Source: Acholeplasma sp.
Lineage (GTDB): Bacteria > Bacillota_I > Bacilli_A > Acholeplasmatales > UBA5453
Assembly (NCBI GenBank): GCA_036677365.1
Contig: JAVBWN010000030.1
Span: 64,001 to 128,000 of the forward strand
Direction: 5' to 3'
Length of the DNA stretch: 64,000 bases
The first letter of the stretch is position 1. Each line of letters opens with the position of its first letter. The notes under the pieces are model-generated. The model did no database searches and was not told where the DNA came from. It saw nothing but the letters and a program-made list of their open reading frames with translations. Of this stretch, positions 30,711 to 39,642 are shown one piece after another. The position numbers and the translations under genes are program-made.

Positions 30711-30742
30711 AGGCGCGTGCTCACGTACGCGCCTTATTATTT
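30711..30742 (+). terminator. Probable terminator after rpoC
   Basis: AGGCGCGTGC-tcac-GTACGCGCCT followed by TATTATTT. Confidence 0.7.
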
Positions 30743-30764
30743 ACAATAATTTTGATAAAAATGG

Positions 30765-30793
30765 TTGACATTGAAAACCATAAAAGGTATAAT
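30765..30793 (+). promoter_or_regulatory. Consensus SigA promoter of str operon
   Basis: TTGACA-17 nt-TATAAT. Confidence 0.9.
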
Positions 30794-30913
30794 AAAAACG
30801 CTGTAAAAAAGAGTCTCAGCCCAATTCATTTTGGCCCTTCATAAAGCCAAAATAAATTTTTTGAGAAAAAAAAGAAACACACGGTCATGTGTTAATCTAG
30901 AAAGGAGAAAACA

Positions 30914-31381
30914 ATGCCTACAATTGCACAACTCGTTAGAGACGGTAGACAAGACAAGGTAACAAAATCTAAAGCCCCATACCTAGGGATTGGATTAAAC
31001 ACGCTTAAGAAGAAAGAAACAAGTGTTAACTCACCACAAAAACGCGGGGTATGCGTTCGTGTCACTACCATGACACCTAAGAAACCAAACTCAGCGTTAC
31101 GTAAGTATGCGCGTGTTAGATTATCTAACGGTATCGAAGTCAACGCGTACATTCCAGGTGAAGGACATTCACTACAAGAACACAGCGTCGTCCTTATCCG
31201 TGGTGGTCGTGTTAAAGACCTACCAGGGGTTAGATACCACATCGTTCGTGGCACATTAGATACTTCTGGTGTTGCTAACCGTAAACAAGCCCGTTCAAAA
31301 TACGGTGCTAAACGTCCTAAAGCGATTCCAGCAGGAAAAGCACCAGCAGGAAAAACCGCTACACCAGCAAAGAAAAAATAA
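30914..31381 (+). CDS. rpsL: 30S ribosomal protein S12
   Basis: [24 protein letters not shown]. Confidence 0.98.
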   Translation: MPTIAQLVRDGRQDKVTKSKAPYLGIGLNTLKKKETSVNSPQKRGVCVRVTTMTPKKPNSALRKYARVRLSNGIEVNAYIPGEGHSLQEHSVVLIRGGRVKDLPGVRYHIVRGTLDTSGVANRKQARSKYGAKRPKAIPAGKAPAGKTATPAKKK

Positions 31382-31427
31382 CATCTAATTTAAAATTATT
31401 CAGTATATCTGAAAGGAGGATATAAAT

Positions 31428-31898
31428 ATGCCAAGAAAAGGACATATCGCTAAACGTGATGTTTTACCTGACCCAATTTACAATTCTAAACTTGTAACAC
31501 GTATTATCAATACAATCATGCTAGATGGTAAAAAAGGCACGGCTCAAGGTATTTTATACGGTGCTTTTGATCGTATTAAAGCTGAAACCGGTCGTGAACC
31601 AATCGAAGTTTTCAATGAAGCATTAAAAAATATCATGCCAGTACTTGAAGTACGTTCAAGACGTATTGGCGGACAAAACTATCAAGTTCCAGTTGAGGTG
31701 CGTGCTGAGCGTAAAACAACTTTAGGTCTTAGATGGTTGATCAACTACTCTCGCTTAAGACATGAAAAAACCATGGAAGAAAAATTAGCGAAAGAAATTA
31801 TGGACGCTGCAAATGGACAAGGCGCAGCAGTCAAGAAACGTGAAGATACCCACAGAATGGCCGAAGCCAACAGAGCTTTCGCACATTACCGTTGGTAA
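31428..31898 (+). CDS. rpsG: 30S ribosomal protein S7
   Basis: [29 protein letters not shown]. Confidence 0.98.
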   Translation: MPRKGHIAKRDVLPDPIYNSKLVTRIINTIMLDGKKGTAQGILYGAFDRIKAETGREPIEVFNEALKNIMPVLEVRSRRIGGQNYQVPVEVRAERKTTLGLRWLINYSRLRHEKTMEEKLAKEIMDAANGQGAAVKKREDTHRMAEANRAFAHYRW

Positions 31899-31916
31899 TC
31901 AGAAGGAGTTATTAGT

Positions 31917-33986
31917 ATGCCTCGTGAATTTCCTTTAAATAAGACTCGTAATATCGGTATTATGGCCCATATTGACGCGGGTAAAACAACAACTACAGAA
32001 CGCATTCTATTCCACACTGGTAAAATCCACAAAATGGGTGAAACACACGATGGTGCATCCCAAATGGACTGGATGGAACAAGAACAAGAACGCGGTATTA
32101 CGATCACATCAGCAGCTACCACTGCTTATTGGAGAGGTCACCGTATTAACGTCATCGATACCCCAGGGCACGTCGACTTCACGGTTGAAGTTCAACGTAG
32201 CTTAAGAGTATTGGACGGCGCTGTTACAGTTCTAGATGCACAAGCTGGCGTAGAGCCACAAACAGAAACCGTTTGGAGACAAGCGACTGAATATAAAGTC
32301 CCACGTGTCATTTTCGTCAATAAGATGGATAAGACTGGTGCTGATTTCTTCTATTCAATCAAAACCATCCACAACCGTTTAGGGGTTAAGGCTTCCCCTA
32401 TCCAAATTCCAATTGGATCTGAAACATTCTTTGAAGGGATCATCGACATCGTGTCGATGAAAGCATACCATTTCGATGGTAACGCAGAAGAAAATTCAAC
32501 TGAAATTGCTATCCCTGAAAAGTTAATGGACATTGTTAAACAAAAGAGAATTGAACTCATTGAAGCGGTTGCTGAATTTGATGAAGACATGATGGTTGCA
32601 TACCTTGATGGTGAAGAAATTTCTCCTGAGGTATTAAAAGGTGCCATCCGTAAGGGTACCCTTTCCGTTGAATTCTTCCCAGTCATCTGCGGTTCTGCTT
32701 TCAAAAACAAAGGCGTTAAGTTGATGCTAGACGCAGTCGTAGATTATCTACCTGCACCTACCGACATCGCTGACGTTGTTGGTCACGATGAACACGGTCA
32801 AGAAATGCACCGTGCAACCGATGACTCACAACCATTCACTGCGCTTGCTTTCAAAGTTATGACAGACCCATTCGTTGGCCGTCTAACATTCTTTAGAATA
32901 TATGCAGGTACAGTTCAACAAGGTTCATACATCTTGAATACCACCAAAGGTAAGAGAGAACGTCTAGGCCGCTTGCTACAAATGCATGCGAACCATAGAG
33001 AAGAAATCAAAGAGGCTTACGCGGGCGATATCGCTGCAGCGATTGGTCTTAAAGATACAACCACAGGGGATACACTTGCGAGTGAAAAAGATACCATTAT
33101 CCTTGAATCCATGAAGTTCCCTGAACCTGTTATTAACATCGCGATCGAACCAAAAACCAAGAACGACCAAGACAAGATGTCTAATGCGTTAACAAAACTT
33201 GCTGAAGAAGACCCAACTTTCCGTGTATTTACCGATAAAGAAACTGGTCAAACCATCATCGCTGGTATGGGTGAATTACACCTTGATATCATCGTTGACC
33301 GTATGAGAAGAGAATTTAAGGTAGAAGCAAACGTGGGTGCACCACAAGTTTCTTACCGTGAAACCATCACAGGTACTGCCGATATTGAAGGTAAATTCAT
33401 CCGTCAATCCGGTGGTAGAGGTCAATATGGTCACGTTTGGATCAAGTTTGAACCAAACCCTGGCAAAGGCTTCGAATTCGTGGATGCTGTCGTGGGTGGT
33501 ACTGTGCCTAGAGAATACATTGGCGTTGTCCAAAAAGGTCTTGAAGAAGCACTACCTAACGGTATCTTGGCTGGTTACCCAGTCATGGACGTTAAAGCGA
33601 CATTATTCGATGGGTCCTACCATGATGTCGACTCCTCAGAAATGGCTTATAAGATTGCTGCTGCCATCGCACTTAAAGGTGCTAAAGACAAATGTGGCGC
33701 AACCATCCTTGAACCAATCATGAAAGTCGAAATCGTTGTACCAGATGAATATGTTGGTAACGTCATTGGTGACATCACTTCCCGTAGAGGTCGCCTTGAA
33801 GCACAAGAATCTAGAGGTAACGCGATTGGTATTAAAGCGAACGTTCCACTATCTGAAATGTTCGGTTACGCTACCGCATTACGTTCTAACTCACAAGGTC
33901 GTGCAACATTCGTGATGCAATTCGACCACTACGAAAGAGCACCGAAGTCCATCGCTGAAGAAATCATCAAGAAGCGTAACGCCTAG
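31917..33986 (+). CDS. fusA: Elongation factor G
   Basis: [36 protein letters not shown]. Confidence 0.99.
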   Translation: MPREFPLNKTRNIGIMAHIDAGKTTTTERILFHTGKIHKMGETHDGASQMDWMEQEQERGITITSAATTAYWRGHRINVIDTPGHVDFTVEVQRSLRVLDGAVTVLDAQAGVEPQTETVWRQATEYKVPRVIFVNKMDKTGADFFYSIKTIHNRLGVKASPIQIPIGSETFFEGIIDIVSMKAYHFDGNAEENSTEIAIPEKLMDIVKQKRIELIEAVAEFDEDMMVAYLDGEEISPEVLKGAIRKGTLSVEFFPVICGSAFKNKGVKLMLDAVVDYLPAPTDIADVVGHDEHGQEMHRATDDSQPFTALAFKVMTDPFVGRLTFFRIYAGTVQQGSYILNTTKGKRERLGRLLQMHANHREEIKEAYAGDIAAAIGLKDTTTGDTLASEKDTIILESMKFPEPVINIAIEPKTKNDQDKMSNALTKLAEEDPTFRVFTDKETGQTIIAGMGELHLDIIVDRMRREFKVEANVGAPQVSYRETITGTADIEGKFIRQSGGRGQYGHVWIKFEPNPGKGFEFVDAVVGGTVPREYIGVVQKGLEEALPNGILAGYPVMDVKATLFDGSYHDVDSSEMAYKIAAAIALKGAKDKCGATILEPIMKVEIVVPDEYVGNVIGDITSRRGRLEAQESRGNAIGIKANVPLSEMFGYATALRSNSQGRATFVMQFDHYERAPKSIAEEIIKKRNA

Positions 33987-33990
33987 GTAC

Positions 33991-34019
33991 TTGCAAAAAC
34001 ATATTATTTGATATAAAAT
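33991..34019 (+). promoter_or_regulatory. Internal promoter for tuf
   Basis: TTGCAA-17 nt-TAAAAT. Confidence 0.7.
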
Positions 34020-34071
34020 AATAGTTGGTACAAACTAAGAAAAAAACACACACTATAAGGAGAATAAAAAA

Positions 34072-35256
34072 ATGGCAAAACAAAAATTTGAACGTACTAA
34101 GCCGCACGTTAACGTTGGAACCATTGGCCACGTTGACCATGGTAAAACAACATTAACCGCAGCTATTTCAACAGTTCTTTCTAAAAAAGGTTTAGCTGAA
34201 GTTAGAGACTATGCTTCTATCGACAGTGCACCTGAAGAAAAAGAACGCGGTATTACCATCAATACTGCACACATCGAATACCAAACTTTAAAGCGTCACT
34301 ATGCACACGTTGACTGCCCAGGACATGCTGACTATGTCAAGAACATGATCACTGGTGCTGCTCAAATGGACGGTGGTATCTTAGTAGTTTCTGCAGCAGA
34401 CGGCCCTATGCCACAAACTCGCGAACACATCTTACTATCTCGTCAAGTGGGCGTGCCTAAACTTGTTGTATTCTTAAACAAATGCGACATGGTTGACGAC
34501 GAAGAATTGATCGACTTAGTCGAAATGGAAGTACGCGAATTACTTTCTGAATATGACTTCCCAGGCGATGAAATCCCATTCATCCGTGGTTCCGCTTTGA
34601 AAGCACTTGAAGGCGACGCTGCATGGGTTGGCAAAATCGAAGAATTGATGGACGCTGTTGATACTTATATCGACAACCCAGTTCGCGAAATCGACAAACC
34701 TTTCTTAATGCCAGTAGAAGACGTATTCACCATCACAGGTCGTGGTACTGTTGCTACAGGTAGAGTTGAACGTGGTACAATCAACATCAACACCGAAGTT
34801 GAAATCGTTGGTATCCATGACACATTAAAGACCGTCGTTACTGGCGTTGAAATGTTCCGTAAATTATTAGACAGAGCAGAAGCTGGTGACAACATTGGTG
34901 CGTTATTACGTGGTATTACCCGTGATAAGATCCAAAGAGGTCAAGTATTGGCTAAACCAGGCTCCGTTAAACCGCATGCTAAGTTTGAAGCACAAGTATA
35001 CGTTCTTTCAAAAGAAGAAGGTGGACGTCATACAGCGTTCTTCTCCAACTATAGACCACAATTCTATTTCCGTACAACTGACATCACTGGTGTCATCACT
35101 TTACAAGAAGGTACAGAAATGGTTATGCCAGGGGACAACACAGTCATGATCGTTGAACTTATCCACCCAATCGCTATCGAAGAAGGTACTAAGTTCTCTA
35201 TCCGTGAAGGTGGACGTACTGTCGGCGCGGGTTCCGTTGTCAAGATTCTTGAATAA
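34072..35256 (+). CDS. tuf: Elongation factor Tu
   Basis: [29 protein letters not shown]. Confidence 0.99.
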   Translation: MAKQKFERTKPHVNVGTIGHVDHGKTTLTAAISTVLSKKGLAEVRDYASIDSAPEEKERGITINTAHIEYQTLKRHYAHVDCPGHADYVKNMITGAAQMDGGILVVSAADGPMPQTREHILLSRQVGVPKLVVFLNKCDMVDDEELIDLVEMEVRELLSEYDFPGDEIPFIRGSALKALEGDAAWVGKIEELMDAVDTYIDNPVREIDKPFLMPVEDVFTITGRGTVATGRVERGTININTEVEIVGIHDTLKTVVTGVEMFRKLLDRAEAGDNIGALLRGITRDKIQRGQVLAKPGSVKPHAKFEAQVYVLSKEEGGRHTAFFSNYRPQFYFRTTDITGVITLQEGTEMVMPGDNTVMIVELIHPIAIEEGTKFSIREGGRTVGAGSVVKILE

Positions 35257-35271
35257 TTGAAACCAACTTCT

Positions 35272-35301
35272 AAAACCATACAAGCAATTGTGTGGTTTTT
35301 T
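35272..35301 (+). terminator. Terminator after tuf
   Basis: AAAACCATACAA-gcaa-TTGTGTGGTTTTTT. Confidence 0.75.
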
Positions 35302-35384
35302 CTTTTTAAAATCAATCGTGTTTATCTTATGATAAAATGGATATAGTCAAATGTAAAAATGAGACATTTTTCTTAGGTGATATT

Positions 35385-36149
35385 ATGATTATCGACACAC
35401 ATGCACATTTAAATATCGATGAATTCAGTGCTGAAATTGAGGCGGTTTTGAATCGTGCTCTAGCGGCGGATGTTCAAAAAATAGTGGTTATCGGCATGAA
35501 TAAACAGGCCAATCAACGCGGGATTGAATTAACTTCATACAAAGCGCTCTATGCGACGGTTGGGGTTCATCCAGCCGATGTCCATGAAGGGTTAGATTTG
35601 GAACTATTAAAACAACAATTAAAACACCCTAAGGTGGTTGCTATTGGTGAAATTGGGTTGGATTTATATTGGGTGAAAGATAACTTACCACTTCAAATCA
35701 AGATATTTAAGAAGCAACTGGATTTGGCAATCGAACTCAACTTACCTGTGGTTATCCACATGCGCGATAGTGCACAAGAAATTTACGATGTGATTAGACA
35801 CTACCCTGGTTTAAAAGGGGTCATGCACTGTTTCAGTGCAGACATAGATTGGGCCGTAAAGTTCATGGATTTGGGTCTTTATATTGGTATCGGTGGACCG
35901 GTCACATTCAAAAATAATATGACTGCTAAAATTGTAGCAGAACGCATACCGATAGAGCGACTACTGGTAGAAACAGATAGCCCTTATTTGGCACCAGCAC
36001 CTCATCGTGGCAAACGAAATGAACCTGCTTATACGCACTTAGTGGTCGAAGAAATCGCTCGACTTAGAGGTGTTTCAAAGGAAGAAATATCCAAAAAAAC
36101 ATCAGAAAACGCGATTCGTTTATTTGGTTTAGTGGAGGATTTATCATGA
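35385..36149 (+). CDS. tatD: TatD family nuclease/hydrolase
   Basis: DTHAH, GVHP, GEIGLD, IHMR, HCF, ETDSPYL. Confidence 0.93.
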   Translation: MIIDTHAHLNIDEFSAEIEAVLNRALAADVQKIVVIGMNKQANQRGIELTSYKALYATVGVHPADVHEGLDLELLKQQLKHPKVVAIGEIGLDLYWVKDNLPLQIKIFKKQLDLAIELNLPVVIHMRDSAQEIYDVIRHYPGLKGVMHCFSADIDWAVKFMDLGLYIGIGGPVTFKNNMTAKIVAERIPIERLLVETDSPYLAPAPHRGKRNEPAYTHLVVEEIARLRGVSKEEISKKTSENAIRLFGLVEDLS

Positions 36150-37213
36150 AAAAAATAATGATATTCAGTTTATTATTTATATTTATATTCACACTTTCTG
36201 GGTGTGTTCAAAGGGAATCAACAACCTATACACTGGCGGATGTACAATCACAAATCACTGAAATTTATGACCGTGTGTCACCGATGACCGTCGCGGTGGT
36301 CTCCTACGAAGAAAGCAATTATGCCAGCAAAGTAGGTCACGGTTCGGGTTTAATTTATGACCGCGTGGATGCTTCTGGTACATACACTTATTATGTGATT
36401 ACCAATTATCATGTGGTTGAATCTCAAGCCCATATTCGCATTTATAATGGTGCTAAATATTATAACGCTACACCGTTTGCTGTACATGAACCTGAGGACC
36501 TAGCGTTAGTCACATTCAATACAACAGATGATTTGCCATATTATGGTGTGGATCAGTTTTCTGGCAATAAAATCGTCACCCCTGTTGTGGGTTCATTTGT
36601 CATCGCCATCGGTACACCACTCGATTTAGATTTCTTCAATACAGCTACGATTGGTATCGTTGGGAGAACTCGAAATAACAGAATCGTTCAACACGACGCA
36701 GCCATCAATCCAGGCAATAGTGGTGGACCACTATTTGATTTGGCAGGTAATTTACTTGGTTTCAATACATGGAAACGTACAACCACAGTCACGAAAGATG
36801 GAGAGATTGCTGTGGATGGCATTGGGTTCGCCATTTCGATGACGGTTGCGAGATCTGTGGTCACCAGTTTAAGGGTAACCCAAACTTCTGTGTTTGAATC
36901 CGCCAAAATTGGGATTACTGTGATGAATATTGCAGATGCAATCACCAATAAATTCGGTGGTATTCGCCCGGAATTTATTGAAGAAACGCAAACTGCTGGG
37001 GTATATGTGGATTCAATTGTTCCGCTCAGACCAGCGGTAGGTAAGCTGTTTGAACATGATATCATCACCCATGTGAATGATGAAATCATTGTCAATTTAG
37101 AATCTTTGGGTTTGTTATTGTCAGGGATGAAGTTTGGTGATACACTGAATTTGACAGTGAGAAGATATACCAATAATCAATTCGTAACAGTCCAAGTCAG
37201 CATCACTGTATAG
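36146..37213 (+). CDS. HtrA-like trypsin serine protease lipoprotein with PDZ domain
   Basis: Lipobox LSGC; catalytic triad TNYHVV, EDLAL, NPGNSGGPL; C-terminal PDZ-like segment. Confidence 0.88.
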   Translation: MKKIMIFSLLFIFIFTLSGCVQRESTTYTLADVQSQITEIYDRVSPMTVAVVSYEESNYASKVGHGSGLIYDRVDASGTYTYYVITNYHVVESQAHIRIYNGAKYYNATPFAVHEPEDLALVTFNTTDDLPYYGVDQFSGNKIVTPVVGSFVIAIGTPLDLDFFNTATIGIVGRTRNNRIVQHDAAINPGNSGGPLFDLAGNLLGFNTWKRTTTVTKDGEIAVDGIGFAISMTVARSVVTSLRVTQTSVFESAKIGITVMNIADAITNKFGGIRPEFIEETQTAGVYVDSIVPLRPAVGKLFEHDIITHVNDEIIVNLESLGLLLSGMKFGDTLNLTVRRYTNNQFVTVQVSITV

Positions 37214-37222
37214 GAGGCAATC

Positions 37223-38002
37223 ATGACATTCAGCAGCATGTTATTTAAAATCGAAACGGGTCAACCATTAAACGATAAAAGCATAGAAAAATTAGCCAAA
37301 AAAATGTATTTAGCGCCTTCATCTGCACGCAGTTTTCTATACACTTTGTGGCTTTTAACTATTTTATTGTTTTTGGCCCTCGCAGCTGTGGACGGATTAA
37401 AACCGGTCTCGCCACTCGTTGTTTATGTATTCGCCGTCGGATTATTGATTGGATTGATTCTATATGCAATATTGCCAAAATACATCCGTATTCACCAATA
37501 CTTGAACGCTGTAGATACTTTTTATGAAACCAAGTTCAGTGGACTAGATCATTATGATTTATACTATATCGGGCAACACCGTTCACCACATGTTCGAACA
37601 CTCAAATCCAACAAAATTTATCTTTTGACCGATGGACATCACTTGCTATTTATCGACGATTATTTTAAGGATACTAAGTACCAGTTACCACGTATATTTA
37701 GCGCAGATAAACCTGTTAATTTGCGTGTGATCGACGCTGAAAAAAACGATCAATCACGTGTCTTAATTGACATATCTGAGGTTGAACACTACGTATCATC
37801 GAAGCGTGATTTACCTCTCAATAAAAAACCATTGAATCCAAAATATCAACGCATATTTGAAACATTTTTAGATCAAGATCCACACATGGATGAACAATAC
37901 TTCGTCACCCTAAAACTTTATAATGGCGCGGTTTTCCGATTAGGATATGACGCCTATAAAGCACTCAAATTTGCGATACCACTAAAGGATAAAACACGAT
38001 GA
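37223..38002 (+). CDS. Hypothetical membrane protein (2 TM + soluble domain)
   Basis: AGGAGG RBS; two hydrophobic helices; in operon with neighbours. Confidence 0.7.
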   Translation: MTFSSMLFKIETGQPLNDKSIEKLAKKMYLAPSSARSFLYTLWLLTILLFLALAAVDGLKPVSPLVVYVFAVGLLIGLILYAILPKYIRIHQYLNAVDTFYETKFSGLDHYDLYYIGQHRSPHVRTLKSNKIYLLTDGHHLLFIDDYFKDTKYQLPRIFSADKPVNLRVIDAEKNDQSRVLIDISEVEHYVSSKRDLPLNKKPLNPKYQRIFETFLDQDPHMDEQYFVTLKLYNGAVFRLGYDAYKALKFAIPLKDKTR

Positions 38003-38469
38003 GTGACGTTCAAAAAGTAGCCCAAATTTTGATGGAATATGAGTATAAGATTGCTTTTGCTGAATCCATGACTGGTGGCGCACTTGTGTCTGAACTTGTG
38101 AAGATTCCCAATGTATCATCGATCCTAGACTACAGTGTGGTAACCTACTCGGAATTGGCCAAAGAAACGGTGTTGGGTATTCCAAAAATGTTGTTTGATG
38201 TCCATGGTGTGGTTTCTAAAGTCATCGCCATTGAAATGGCAAAAAATATCGCAACTATAGCAAAAGCCGAAGTCGGTGTTGGCATCACAGGCAATGCTGG
38301 ACCCACAGCACAAGCCAATTCACAAGTGGGTGAAGTGTGGTTTGCCTTTTACTATCAAGGAGAATCCTATAGTTATCACTTGCAACTAAAAAATGAAGGT
38401 AGAGAAGCCATCATTGAACATGCGAAAAAAGTGGTCTATCAAATGTTATTAAAACTGCTTACAAAATGA
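37999..38469 (+). CDS. CinA/PncC-like NMN deamidase domain protein
   Basis: AESMTGG, VTYS..K, HGVVS, GITGNAGP. Confidence 0.88.
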   Translation: MSDVQKVAQILMEYEYKIAFAESMTGGALVSELVKIPNVSSILDYSVVTYSELAKETVLGIPKMLFDVHGVVSKVIAIEMAKNIATIAKAEVGVGITGNAGPTAQANSQVGEVWFAFYYQGESYSYHLQLKNEGREAIIEHAKKVVYQMLLKLLTK

Positions 38470-38531
38470 CAAAAAACGTTTGTCATATAGATTTATCTAT
38501 GATATAATATCAAAGCATGGTTTTTATCGAC

Positions 38532-38578
38532 CATCCTTGCCTGTAGTTCATCTATAGGCCAATAGACCAGAAGGAGGA
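38532..38578 (+). promoter_or_regulatory. Probable S6:S18-binding leader
   Basis: TCCTT pairs with the AAGGAGG RBS and encloses the hairpin GCCTGTAG..CTATAGGC; directly upstream of rpsF. Confidence 0.6.
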
Positions 38579-38585
38579 AATTAGA

Positions 38586-38873
38586 ATGAAGAAATACGAA
38601 ATTATGTACATCATTCGTCCTGACCTTGAAAGCGAACAAATCAAGAGCCTTGTTGCTAACTTAAGCAACATCTTCACAGAAAGAGGTTCCGAAGTTTTAG
38701 AGCTTAAAGAGATCGGATTGAAAGAGCTAGCGTATGAAATCGAACACATGAAAAAAGGTTATTATGTGTGGAGTCTAGTGAATGCAACCAATGAAGCAAT
38801 CGCTGAATTCGATCGTGTCATCCGTATTACAGAAACAGTTATTCGCTACATCGTTGTTAAAGACGGCGAATAA
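38586..38873 (+). CDS. rpsF: 30S ribosomal protein S6
   Basis: KYEIMYIIRP, LAYEI, GYY. Confidence 0.97.
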   Translation: MKKYEIMYIIRPDLESEQIKSLVANLSNIFTERGSEVLELKEIGLKELAYEIEHMKKGYYVWSLVNATNEAIAEFDRVIRITETVIRYIVVKDGE

Positions 38874-38891
38874 TAAGGGAGGCGCAATTCA

Positions 38892-39311
38892 ATGCTTAAC
38901 CGAGTTGTTTTAGTTGGGCGTATAACCAAAGACCCAGAACAAAAAAGAACACAAAGTAACACACCTGTGGTGTCATTTACATTGGCAGTCAATCGTCAAT
39001 TTTCGAATGACCAAGGTGAAAAACAAGCAGATTTTATCCAATGCGTGGCATGGTCCAAACAAGCAGAATTCATGGGCAATTATGTTAGAAAAGGCGCACT
39101 TCTAGGTTTAGAAGGTCGCATTCAAACGAGAACGTATGAAACCAACAATGGTGAAACACGTTATGTTACCGAAGTCGTTTGTGACTCAGTTCAAATTCTT
39201 GAAAGTAAACGAGATGTCGCACCTACTCAACCAAGTTACGAACCAGAGGAAGAAGACCCATTCATCAGCAAAGGAAAGAGTCTAGCTACAGAAGAAGATT
39301 TACCATTCTAA
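38892..39311 (+). CDS. ssb: Single-stranded DNA-binding protein
   Basis: [23 protein letters not shown]-terminal EDLPF. Confidence 0.97.
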   Translation: MLNRVVLVGRITKDPEQKRTQSNTPVVSFTLAVNRQFSNDQGEKQADFIQCVAWSKQAEFMGNYVRKGALLGLEGRIQTRTYETNNGETRYVTEVVCDSVQILESKRDVAPTQPSYEPEEEDPFISKGKSLATEEDLPF

Positions 39312-39324
39312 TAGGAGGCTTAGT

Positions 39325-39555
39325 ATGCAACAAAAAGGCGGATTTAAAAGACGTCGTAAAGTGTGCTATTTTACACAAAATAAAGTTGATCATATCGATT
39401 TCAAAGATGTTGAACTATTAAAGCGTTTCACTTCCGACAGAGGCAAAATTTTACCTCGTCGTGTGACTGGAACATCAGCTAAATGGCAACGTCCACTTGC
39501 AACCGCGATCAAGCGTGCAAGACATATGGCACTACTTCCATACGTTAAAGAATAA
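39325..39555 (+). CDS. rpsR: 30S ribosomal protein S18
   Basis: [26 protein letters not shown]. Confidence 0.98.
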   Translation: MQQKGGFKRRRKVCYFTQNKVDHIDFKDVELLKRFTSDRGKILPRRVTGTSAKWQRPLATAIKRARHMALLPYVKE

Positions 39556-39562
39556 TACCACT

Positions 39563-39592
39563 ATAAAGACTTTGTTATCAAAGTCTTTTTTT
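39563..39592 (+). terminator. Terminator after rpsR
   Basis: AAAGACTTTG-ttat-CAAAGTCTTT followed by a T-tract. Confidence 0.85.
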
Positions 39593-39642
39593 ATTGATAA
39601 AATAGCGGTTTTTCGATATAATTAAGTAAAGTAGGTGAGGCC

